From assembly GCA_965603765.1 (NCBI GenBank), contig CBFDEG010000002.1, forward strand, positions 1 to 55,057: 55,057 bases of DNA, given 5' to 3'. The DNA comes from an uncultured bacterium. GTDB taxonomy: Bacteria > Nitrospirota > Thermodesulfovibrionia > UBA6902. This document shows, piece by piece, positions 20,886 through 29,701 of the stretch (its first letter is position 1; each line of letters starts with the position of its first letter). The notes beneath the pieces are model-generated. The model did no database searches. It was not told where the DNA came from and saw only the letters and a list, made by a program, of their open reading frames with translations. The translations under genes were made by a program, and so were the position numbers.

Positions 20886-22748
20886 TTGTATAAAAGTGTA
20901 GCTATATGGGTATTGTTCGGCCTGATGATGATCATGGTTTTCAACTTCCTTGAGACAGCAAAGCCGAACGATGAATTGATATTTTCAGTCTTTGCTGAAA
21001 AGGTTAAACAGGGTGAGGTCGCTGAGGTCACCATAAAACAGCCTGAAAACCTGATAGTCGGGACTATGAAGAACGGCGTAAAGTTCAAGACTTATGCCCC
21101 GGACTATCCGGAGCTTGTGAAAGAGCTGAGGGAAAAAGGCATAAGTATAAGCGCGAGGCCCGAACATACGCCGTGGTATATGAGCGTGCTCTTTAATTTC
21201 GGGCCGATCATACTGCTTGTATTCCTCTGGGTGTTCTTTATGAGGCAGATGCAGGCCGGGGGAAATAAAGCGCTTTCATTCGGAAGGAGTAAGGCGAAAC
21301 TTGTATCTGAAAAAGGCATTAAGATCACATTCGCTGATGTTGCGGGTGTTGAAGAGGCCAAAGAGGAAGTCCAGGAGATAATAGAGTTTCTTAAAGATAC
21401 ACAGAAGTTCTCGGTACTCGGCGGCAAGATGCCGAAGGGCGTTCTGCTTGTGGGGCCTCCGGGATCAGGAAAGACATTACTTGCAAAGGCGATTGCCGGT
21501 GAAGCCGGAGTGCCTTTCTTTTCAATAAGCGGTTCTGACTTTGTTGAGATGTTTGTTGGTGTCGGAGCTTCAAGAGTGAGGGACCTTTTTGAGCAGGCGA
21601 AGAAAAGCGCGCCCTGCATTATATTCATTGATGAGATAGATGCCGTGGGCCGTCACAGGGGCGCAGGCCTCGGAGGCGGACATGATGAGCGTGAGCAGAC
21701 ACTTAACCAGCTCCTCGTGGAACTTGACGGTTTCGCGCCGAATGAGGGTGTTATCGTTCTTGCAGCGACCAACAGGCCGGATGTACTTGACCCTGCATTG
21801 TTAAGGCCCGGAAGGTTTGACAGGCAGGTTGTGGTTCCCCATCCGGATGTTAAGGGCCGTCTTGAGATCATAAAGGTGCATATTAAGAAGATTCCCCTTG
21901 ATGATAATGTGGATATGGAAGTGCTTGCCAGAGGCACACCTGGCTTTTCAGGAGCAGACCTTGCCAACCTTATTAATGAGGCGGCGCTGCATGCCGCAAG
22001 ACAGTCAAAGTCAAAGGTTGAGCAGATAGATTTTGAGACTGCCAAGGACAAGGTCATGATGGGCAAGGAAAGAAAGAGCATGATAATCTCTGAGGAAGAG
22101 AAGAAGAACACAGCCTATCATGAGGCCGGGCATGCTATTGTCGCAAAGCTTACACCCGGAACAGACCCGCTTCATAAGGTCAGCATAATTCCGAGAGGCA
22201 TGGCCCTTGGTATAACACAGCAGCTTCCCATAGATGATAGATATACGTATTCCAAAGACCATATCATGAATACGCTCGGAGTGCTTATGGGCGGCAGGGC
22301 AGCAGAAGAGATCGCACTGAACCATAAGACAACAGGCGCGGGCAATGACATTCAGAGGGCAACTGACCTTGCAAGGAAGCTGGTATGTGAATGGGGTATG
22401 AGCGATAAACTCGGCCCGCTTGCATTCGGACAGCGTGAAGAGCAGGTATTCCTCGGCAAGGATTTCAACAGGCATAAAGACTATTCTGAGAAAACAGCAC
22501 AGGACATAGATGATGAGGTACGGAGTATTGTAAATGATAGATATAAATATGCAAAGGAACTGCTTCAGGACAATCGTGACATTCTGGAAAGATTTGCAGA
22601 TGCGCTTCTTGAAAAAGAGACACTTGATGCGTCTGAAATAGAAATCATAGTCATGGGTGAAAAAGCGGACGTTAAGGAAGAAAGTGCGGGACCTGAAACA
22701 GCCGGACCTGAAAACGTTACTGATGCTCCATCAGAAGAGAACGTCTGA
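20886..22748 (+). CDS. ftsH: ATP-dependent zinc metalloprotease FtsH
   Basis: Two N-terminal TM segments, Walker A GPPGSGKT, a second region of homology, and the zinc motif HEAGHAIV. It starts at TTG, 6 nt after AGGAGG. Confidence 0.95.
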   Translation: MYKSVAIWVLFGLMMIMVFNFLETAKPNDELIFSVFAEKVKQGEVAEVTIKQPENLIVGTMKNGVKFKTYAPDYPELVKELREKGISISARPEHTPWYMSVLFNFGPIILLVFLWVFFMRQMQAGGNKALSFGRSKAKLVSEKGIKITFADVAGVEEAKEEVQEIIEFLKDTQKFSVLGGKMPKGVLLVGPPGSGKTLLAKAIAGEAGVPFFSISGSDFVEMFVGVGASRVRDLFEQAKKSAPCIIFIDEIDAVGRHRGAGLGGGHDEREQTLNQLLVELDGFAPNEGVIVLAATNRPDVLDPALLRPGRFDRQVVVPHPDVKGRLEIIKVHIKKIPLDDNVDMEVLARGTPGFSGADLANLINEAALHAARQSKSKVEQIDFETAKDKVMMGKERKSMIISEEEKKNTAYHEAGHAIVAKLTPGTDPLHKVSIIPRGMALGITQQLPIDDRYTYSKDHIMNTLGVLMGGRAAEEIALNHKTTGAGNDIQRATDLARKLVCEWGMSDKLGPLAFGQREEQVFLGKDFNRHKDYSEKTAQDIDDEVRSIVNDRYKYAKELLQDNRDILERFADALLEKETLDASEIEIIVMGEKADVKEESAGPETAGPENVTDAPSEENV

Positions 22749-22772
22749 TCTTCAATTAATTAATAAGATCTT

Positions 22773-22804
22773 AAAGCACAGATGACATTCATCTGTGCTT
22801 TTTT
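22773..22804 (+). terminator. rho-independent terminator after ftsH
   Basis: 13-bp perfect stem AAAGCACAGATGA / TCATCTGTGCTTT with a 3-nt loop, followed by a T-run. Confidence 0.8.
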
Positions 22805-22852
22805 ATGCTTGAATCATGTTAAAGCGGCGGGTAATATAATAGCCAGTTTTAT

Positions 22853-23710
22853 GTGATGAATGGAGGAATGATGAAACTTGAATGGAAAGACTTCTGCTTT
22901 GATTTTTCTGCCAGAACATATATTATGGGTATCCTTAATGTTACGCCGGATTCATTTTCTGACGGGGGCAAATTCTTTAATGCGGATGATGCAGTTGCGC
23001 AGGCACTCAGAATGCAGGATGAGGGCGCTGATATCATCGATATTGGCGGGGAATCAACAAGGCCCGGGGCTGAAAAGGTCTCTATGGATGATGAGATAAA
23101 ACGTGTTGTTCCGGTCATTGAAGCGCTTACGAAAAAGCTTCGAATTCCTGTCTCGATAGATACATATAAGTCGCAAGTGGCTGAGGCCGCTATTTCCGCA
23201 GGAGCATCCGTTATAAATGACATAAGCGGTTTGAGGTTTGATCCGGTCATGGCAAAGACAGCAGCAGCACATGATGTACCAGTCATAATCATGCATATAA
23301 AAGGCACACCTGAAAACATGCAGAAAAACCCCGAGTATACGGCGCTTATTCAAGAGATCAGAGACTATCTTTTTGAGGGGATCGAAATAGCGAAGAGGGC
23401 GGGTGTGCGTGAAGACATGATCATTGTAGACCCCGGTATAGGTTTTGGAAAGACCGTGGAAGACAATCTTGAGATCATAAACAGGCTTGATGAATTTTCA
23501 ACGCTCGGCAAGCCCGTGCTTCTGGGTCATTCAAGGAAATCATTTATCGGCAGGCTTCTCGGTGACCTTCCTGCTGACGAGAGGGTTGAGGGAACTGCCG
23601 CGGTTACGGCTATCGGGATATATAACGGAGCAAATATCGTCAGGGTGCATGATGTCAAAGAGATGAAAAGGGCTGCTGTGATTGCTGACAGTATTAAGAG
23701 GGGGAGGTAA
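22853..23710 (+). CDS. folP: dihydropteroate synthase
   Basis: Pterin-binding motifs IMGILNVTPDSFSDGG and DIGGESTRPG are present, and the gene follows ftsH in the conserved ftsH-folP order. The start is ambiguous (GTG 22853, ATG 22856, or ATG 22868/22871). Confidence 0.9.
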   Translation: MMNGGMMKLEWKDFCFDFSARTYIMGILNVTPDSFSDGGKFFNADDAVAQALRMQDEGADIIDIGGESTRPGAEKVSMDDEIKRVVPVIEALTKKLRIPVSIDTYKSQVAEAAISAGASVINDISGLRFDPVMAKTAAAHDVPVIIMHIKGTPENMQKNPEYTALIQEIRDYLFEGIEIAKRAGVREDMIIVDPGIGFGKTVEDNLEIINRLDEFSTLGKPVLLGHSRKSFIGRLLGDLPADERVEGTAAVTAIGIYNGANIVRVHDVKEMKRAAVIADSIKRGR

Positions 23711-24051
23711 TGCACCCTTGCCGGCTTTTCCGATTTTCTCTTAATAATTAATCTCTTGAGTTGCTTCCTATGCTCCCTCTTTTGCCTTTACAATAAAAAA
23801 TGCCAGTGCATTTAACGCTAATATTAATCTTATGTTTACCATGTTTACTCATGATATTAAATAGATGAAAGTCGTATCATTCTGTAAATAAAGGCAAAAA
23901 TCGTTACCTTCCCCACAAATAATTTATTGGTTAAAGTTTTAATTTTTATCTTCCGATATGAGTCCTAGTTTATAAAATTAGGCCGGACAGCTTATATGGA
24001 ATCTATAATATATCAGGTTCATGTCTGGTGATTAAAAGAAGGAGAAAAAAT

Positions 24052-26460
24052 ATGAAGAGTAAAATGCTTTATGCAGGATATCTGTTCTTAATCACTACAC
24101 TCATGCTTATAGGCTGTGGCGGAGGAGGCGGCGGTAGTGATACCGACAGCACTACAGACACCATTTCAGCGCTTTCAGTCCCTTCAAAGGTTAGTGTTGT
24201 TGATGCATCGGAATCATCGAGCGGCCTCAATAATATAGCTGCTCTCAGTAGTTTTAGCCCAATGCAGACGGTGGGAGCATTGTCCTCAACCTCTGATTAC
24301 AGCACAGACCCGACAAATGTATATGTGGAAGAACGTTCCGCTGAATCACTTAGTACTGTTAATGAAATATTATGTATGCTCGGACAGAGCGGATATGACT
24401 CAATGGTCAACCTGGGCGCGTATAAGGCACAGATAGACATAGGCCAGTGCGAAGGCACGAATGACAGCGCCTCAAGCGCGGGAGCATCTACTCAGAACCA
24501 GTCATCCGGGGCCAATGCAACAGAATATGAATACTGGACAGTTGTATCTTCCAGGGCAAGTTCGACCGCACCTCATATAGTCCATGCATGGATTCATCAG
24601 GCAGCTTCCGAAGATGAGCCTGCAGCTACGATTGAAGTCGACCTTGAGATCACAGAATCTGTAAGCAGTACGAACCCCTATGGCCGTTTTACAATGAACT
24701 TCAGGTCACATCCGCCAGACAGTGACACCCCGACACTTTTCTCCGGTTTTCTCAAGACTGCTGAAGAATCAGGTGATACTGTTCTCAAGTTCTACTGTAA
24801 CGGGGATATGGGAGACTTCTCATTTAACCAGAAGGTAACTATCAACAGGACATCAGAGACTTCGGGTGCCGGCAGCATGTCATCACAGGAAACGAGCCCC
24901 CAAGGGTCTAAGACTGAAACTTTCGATATTGCCTATAATGACACACATTTTTACAGGTCTGATGGTGATGTAGATAACTGTCTCACCAGAGAAAATCCTG
25001 ACACGTCAGTCTGGAGATACGGCATGTACCATGATGAAAACTATAGTACTCCCGGTGCAAGGGTGGCTATTAACTCCGGATTTCCGATCAAGTTCGGAGA
25101 TGAGCATGGCTGGGCCGGTTACTACGGGCTCTGGTTTTCTGACAGTGTTACCCTTAACAGCGGCGACACAGTCCTTAAACAGGACTTTGCTTCAAACGGT
25201 ACGACTGAGACACCATATACTGTATTCATTGCAGACGGCAAGCTTAAAAAACATACGAAGAAGAGTATAACTCTTGAAGAGGCAGCCGGTCTTCCGCTTA
25301 ACTGGAGCCAGTGTACACAGTCGGGCGAGGAATGGACATGTGCGCAGTACAGGGTGAAATGGAACAAAGTCGATCAGGTGTTCTATAAAACCGCGGTCAT
25401 GAACGAAGACAACTGGGTATGGCAGAATGTTACCCCGACAGCTGTAACTTTTAGCGATAGCGACTATGACTTCAGCTTTAATTCAGAGGCGCTCGGCGGC
25501 AACGGCCGTATCAATTTGAGAAATCCTGAGAATGGTCAACTCTTAACACTTGCTAACGCAACGAACGTGATCTTTCATGTTGAAGACACTGTCTTCCCGG
25601 GTGACCCAGGCATTCCGACCAGCCTTGCATGCTTTGATAACTGCCCTGATCCATCTGTGATCAATACCGGTTCCCCGTATTTTGCAAAGAGTACCTGGCA
25701 GGACAACGCCAATTTCTCAACTGTTAACATGGATACTGCTCCGGCAGCACTTACAGCCGGTACAAACTTTATATCATACGACTTTGATGCCAGCTCCATG
25801 CTGCTTAAATACGATGGCACTGCCGCAGTTATGACCGAAAGTGACAACAGCCAGTATGGTATCTGGACCGGCGCAATGTTTGAGCTTACAAATGAGAATC
25901 GCACAGCTCTTGCCTGTGACTGGGATTCGACCAAAACATGTAACTGGCAGGCATGGGACAAACTGAGTGTCTTCTATACATGGGAGACCGGTACGGATTC
26001 ATGGAACAAACTGACGGCTCTTAAGTCAGGCGATACGTTCCTGACATTTGATCCACCGTTATCAGTAGAATATACACACACGACCGGTGCAAAGTACTAT
26101 ATCGAATACAACGGCTTTGGTGACCTGCATGGCATCCCTGGCAAATGTGTTGATATGGATACCGGTCTCAACACCGACTGCATGGACTCCAGTGATGAGA
26201 CCAAGTTCATCAGGTGGGTGCCTGAGTTCAGTATTGCTGACGGAACAGCTGTAATAGACGCTGTCAGCGGATCGTTCTACTACATCAAGGCATTGGAAAA
26301 GGAAGAAAGAATGAGGTCTGTAGACACTTCTAACTGCAGCAATGTTCTTACATTGACATCTTATACTCTTCCTGATGCGACCCTGTATGTAGCGCCGAAT
26401 ATCGGTACCGAACCGACAGTAACCGGAGCACCCGCAATTATAGGCGGTGTACTTCAGTAG
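24052..26460 (+). CDS. large (about 800 aa) lipoprotein of unknown function
   Basis: The track ORF starts at 24028. ATG 24052 follows AAGGAG and gives MKSKMLYAGYLFLITTLMLIGCGGGGGGSDTDSTTD, a signal peptide plus lipobox LIGC plus a Gly/Ser/Thr linker. I recognise no domain in the rest. It is monocistronic, with its own terminator. Confidence 0.7.
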   Translation: MKSKMLYAGYLFLITTLMLIGCGGGGGGSDTDSTTDTISALSVPSKVSVVDASESSSGLNNIAALSSFSPMQTVGALSSTSDYSTDPTNVYVEERSAESLSTVNEILCMLGQSGYDSMVNLGAYKAQIDIGQCEGTNDSASSAGASTQNQSSGANATEYEYWTVVSSRASSTAPHIVHAWIHQAASEDEPAATIEVDLEITESVSSTNPYGRFTMNFRSHPPDSDTPTLFSGFLKTAEESGDTVLKFYCNGDMGDFSFNQKVTINRTSETSGAGSMSSQETSPQGSKTETFDIAYNDTHFYRSDGDVDNCLTRENPDTSVWRYGMYHDENYSTPGARVAINSGFPIKFGDEHGWAGYYGLWFSDSVTLNSGDTVLKQDFASNGTTETPYTVFIADGKLKKHTKKSITLEEAAGLPLNWSQCTQSGEEWTCAQYRVKWNKVDQVFYKTAVMNEDNWVWQNVTPTAVTFSDSDYDFSFNSEALGGNGRINLRNPENGQLLTLANATNVIFHVEDTVFPGDPGIPTSLACFDNCPDPSVINTGSPYFAKSTWQDNANFSTVNMDTAPAALTAGTNFISYDFDASSMLLKYDGTAAVMTESDNSQYGIWTGAMFELTNENRTALACDWDSTKTCNWQAWDKLSVFYTWETGTDSWNKLTALKSGDTFLTFDPPLSVEYTHTTGAKYYIEYNGFGDLHGIPGKCVDMDTGLNTDCMDSSDETKFIRWVPEFSIADGTAVIDAVSGSFYYIKALEKEERMRSVDTSNCSNVLTLTSYTLPDATLYVAPNIGTEPTVTGAPAIIGGVLQ

Positions 26461-26482
26461 TCAAAACAGAGACTTACCAGAG

Positions 26483-26510
26483 GCGGGGCATTATGCCCCG
26501 CTTTTTTTTT
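26483..26510 (+). terminator. rho-independent terminator after the lipoprotein gene
   Basis: GCGGGGCA-TTA-TGCCCCGC hairpin followed by nine T residues. Confidence 0.85.
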
Positions 26511-26533
26511 GCACGGATTGAGTTTTTAGCAAT

Positions 26534-26561
26534 AAAAAAGGGCGGTCCATTGGGACCGCCC
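26534..26561 (-). terminator. rho-independent terminator after ppdK (reverse strand)
   Basis: GGGCGGTCC-ATTG-GGACCGCCC hairpin. On the reverse strand it is followed by TTTTTT (26534-26539). Confidence 0.85.
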
Positions 26562-26579
26562 TTTTGAGTTAAGATTAGC

Positions 26580-29309
26580 TTATTTCTTTCTTTTCTTCTT
26601 CAACTGTGCCTGTGCTGCAGCGAACCTTGCGATAGGTACCCTGAAAGGTGAACAGCTCACATAGTCAAGGCCGATGTTGTGGCAGAACTCAACTGACTTC
26701 GGCTCTCCGCCGTGTTCTCCGCAGATGCCGAGCTTGATGTTCTTTTTGACCTTTCTTCCTTTTTCGACAGCTATCTTCATGAATGCTCCGACACCGGTTT
26801 GATCAATAGATACAAACGGGTCGTCTTCAAGGAGGCCTTCTTCTACATAGAAAGGCAGGAACCTTCCGGCATCATCTCTTGAAAGACCGAAGACGGTCTG
26901 GGTAAGGTCATTCGTGCCGAATGAGTAGAAGTCAGCAACTTCCGCGATCTCGTCGGATGTTACACATGCACGAGGCAGTTCGATCATTGTTCCTATTGTG
27001 TAGGGGACTTTGACCTTTGCTTTCTTCTGCACATCATTTGCTACACTGATGACGACCTCTTTCATTGCTGCCAGTTCTTTTACATGACTTACAAGAGGTA
27101 TCATTATTTCAGGTATTACATTTATTTTCTTCTTCTTGAGCTCACATGCAGCTTCCATTATTGCCTGGGCCTGCATGGCGTATATCTCGGGGTAGGTGAT
27201 ACCGAGACGGCAGCCGCGGTGTCCGAGCATCGGGTTGAACTCATGCAGAGAGTCGTTCTTTGCCTTGATCTGGTTGAATGATACTTTCATGCCTTTTGCA
27301 AGTGCCTTGAGCTCTGCATCTGTGTGAGGCAGGAACTCATGAAGCGGCGGGTCAAGGAGCCTTATTGTGACCGGCAGTCCTTTCATTGCCTTGAATACAC
27401 CGAGGAAATCCTTTTTCTGGAAAGGAAGCAGTTTTGCAAGCGCTTTTTGTCTTCCCTCGATAGTTTCAGAGAGTATCATCTCCCTGACGGCCTTTATCCT
27501 GTCAGGTCCGAAGAACATATGCTCTGTTCTGCAAAGCCCGATACCTTCCGCGCCGAACTTAAGTGCTGTCTTGCAGTCATCAGCAGACTCAGCGTTTGTC
27601 CTTACCTTAATAAACCTTGCCAGGTCCGCCCATTTCATGAGCTCTTTGTACCATTTGTTTTTATCAGGGTTTGCCGGGTTCAGGTTGAGCTGGCCTTCGT
27701 AGAAGGTGCCCTTTGTTCCGTTCAGGGTTATCCAGTCACCCTGTTTCAAGGTCTTTCCTTTTACAACTAAAGTTTTATTTTTTAAGTTGATCTGTATATC
27801 AGAGCATCCGACGATACAGCATTTGCCCCATCCGCGTGCAACTAGCGCTGCATGGCTTGTCATTCCGCCCTTTGCTGTTAGAATGGCCTCTGCTGCATGC
27901 ATGCCGTGAACGTCTTCAGGTGAGGTCTCGGTCCTGACAAGAATTACCTTCTCGCCTTTCTTCGCCCATGCTGCTGCTTCGTCAGAGGTGAGTACGATCC
28001 TTCCTTTGGCTCCGCCCGGTCCTGCAGGGAGACCCTTTGAGAGCAGTGTGCCCTTTTTCTCCGCCAAGGGGTCAACGCTCGGGTGAAGGAGTTCGTCAAT
28101 CTGATCCGGTCTTACACGGAGAAGCGCGGTCTCTTTTGTGATAAGCTTCTCTTTTGCCATCTCAACTGCCATACGGATAGCTGCCTGACCATTACGTTTA
28201 CCGATCCTGGTCTGGAGCATCCAGAGCTTGCCGCTCTCTATAGTGAACTCAATGTCCTGCATGTCGCTGTAATGTTTTTCCAGTCTTAGCTCATAGTTGT
28301 GAAGTTCTTTGTATAACTTGGGCATTTTTTCTTCGAGTGAAGGAAGGTGCCTTGTGTCAGCTGTTTTGCCGGATTTATTGACAGGGTTAGGGGTCCTGAG
28401 ACCTGCGACAACATCTTCGCCCTGTGCATTCGGGAGCCATTCACCGAAGAACATGTTCTCACCTGTTGCAGGGTTACGTGTGAAAGCAACGCCGGTTGCC
28501 GAATCGTCTCCGGTGTTTCCGAATACCATGGACTGTACGTTTACGGCTGTTCCCCACCAGTCAGGGAGTTTTTCGATCTTTCTATATGCAATGGCACGTT
28601 TGCCCATCCATGATGAGAAGACAGCGCCGACACTGCCCCAGAGTTGTTCTTCCGGAGTGTCAGGGAAAGGTTTTTTCAAGGTTTTTTTAATGATCGTCTT
28701 GAACTCATCACAGAGCTTTGTCAGGTCATCAACGGTCAGGTCGGTATCGCTCTTGTATCCATTTTTGGCCTTTACTTTTTCGAGTGCTGATTCGAGTTTG
28801 TGTCTGATCCCATCCTGGTCAGTTTTCGGTTCAATGCCCGCGCCTTTTTCCATGACAACATCAGAATACATCATCATGAGACGGCGGTACGCGTCATATA
28901 CAAAACGAGGATTATTGGTTTTTTTTATGAGTCCGGGGATGGTCTTGGTGGTCAGACCTGCATTTAGTATTGTTTCCATCATTCCGGGCATAGAGCTTCT
29001 GGCTCCTGAACGAATGGACATGAGCAATGGATCATTGGGGTCACCGAATTTCTTGCCCATTATCTTTTCAACCTTTGCCATTGCAGTGTTTACCTGCGCC
29101 TTCAATTCTTTGGGATATTTCTGATTGTTATCATAATAGAGGGTACAGACTTCTGTGGTTATTGTGAATCCGGGGGGGACTGGGAGTTTGAGTTCTTTGT
29201 GTCCGGCCATTTCAGCCAGGTTGGCTCCCTTTCCGCCGAGCAGATTCTTCATGCTCGCATTTCCATCTGCCCTGCCATCTCCAAAAAAGTAGACGTATTT
29301 TTTTGCCAT
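26580..29309 (-). CDS. ppdK: pyruvate, phosphate dikinase
   Basis: 909 aa. The N-terminus is MAKKYVYFFGDGRADGNASMKNLLGGKGANLAEM. The phospho-histidine loop GGMTSHAALVARGWG and the C-terminal PEP-utilising TIM-barrel motifs are present. Confidence 0.95.
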   Translation of the reverse strand: MAKKYVYFFGDGRADGNASMKNLLGGKGANLAEMAGHKELKLPVPPGFTITTEVCTLYYDNNQKYPKELKAQVNTAMAKVEKIMGKKFGDPNDPLLMSIRSGARSSMPGMMETILNAGLTTKTIPGLIKKTNNPRFVYDAYRRLMMMYSDVVMEKGAGIEPKTDQDGIRHKLESALEKVKAKNGYKSDTDLTVDDLTKLCDEFKTIIKKTLKKPFPDTPEEQLWGSVGAVFSSWMGKRAIAYRKIEKLPDWWGTAVNVQSMVFGNTGDDSATGVAFTRNPATGENMFFGEWLPNAQGEDVVAGLRTPNPVNKSGKTADTRHLPSLEEKMPKLYKELHNYELRLEKHYSDMQDIEFTIESGKLWMLQTRIGKRNGQAAIRMAVEMAKEKLITKETALLRVRPDQIDELLHPSVDPLAEKKGTLLSKGLPAGPGGAKGRIVLTSDEAAAWAKKGEKVILVRTETSPEDVHGMHAAEAILTAKGGMTSHAALVARGWGKCCIVGCSDIQINLKNKTLVVKGKTLKQGDWITLNGTKGTFYEGQLNLNPANPDKNKWYKELMKWADLARFIKVRTNAESADDCKTALKFGAEGIGLCRTEHMFFGPDRIKAVREMILSETIEGRQKALAKLLPFQKKDFLGVFKAMKGLPVTIRLLDPPLHEFLPHTDAELKALAKGMKVSFNQIKAKNDSLHEFNPMLGHRGCRLGITYPEIYAMQAQAIMEAACELKKKKINVIPEIMIPLVSHVKELAAMKEVVISVANDVQKKAKVKVPYTIGTMIELPRACVTSDEIAEVADFYSFGTNDLTQTVFGLSRDDAGRFLPFYVEEGLLEDDPFVSIDQTGVGAFMKIAVEKGRKVKKNIKLGICGEHGGEPKSVEFCHNIGLDYVSCSPFRVPIARFAAAQAQLKKKRKK

Positions 29310-29617
29310 TACTTTCCTCCAGTTAAAAATTTATGATTAATACGTAACCTCTACCAGGCTAATGAGAGCATATTTTACACAATATCATGTCTAAATTCAA
29401 ACCAAATATTTATGGGTATAATTGTGTTGTTTTAATGTGTTGTTCGCTTGTTCCGGGCATTAAGGATTTCGTATCATATTTAGATTGTTTTGTTGCTTTC
29501 CGGTCTGTTTCTCCATATCCCCTGATGATGAAAGTTGATTGGGTGAAATTCCGCATCTATGTGTCAAATAGGTTAGATTAATATTCAGTATGTACGTTTA
29601 CTGCTGGTAAAAATTAT

Positions 29618-29633
29618 TGGCATAGAATGTGCA
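29618..29633 (+). promoter_or_regulatory. candidate sigma-54 (-24/-12) promoter upstream of the GGDEF-EAL sensor gene
   Basis: TGGCAT-AGAAT-GTGCA. The GG (29619-20) and GC (29631-32) have the canonical spacing, with one mismatch to TTGCA. It lies about 69 nt upstream of ATG 29702. Confidence 0.35.
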
Positions 29634-29701
29634 AATATATTTTGCATTGTTTAACTATATGACACGCAGGTAGTTTAACTAAGCAGGATACTAAAACTGT
29701 C

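Noticed and set aside
29387-29581. 64-aa + strand ORF in the ppdK / GGDEF-EAL intergenic region.
   Set aside because: It has no ribosome-binding site and a Cys/Val-rich, unstructured-looking product. It lies in a divergent promoter region.
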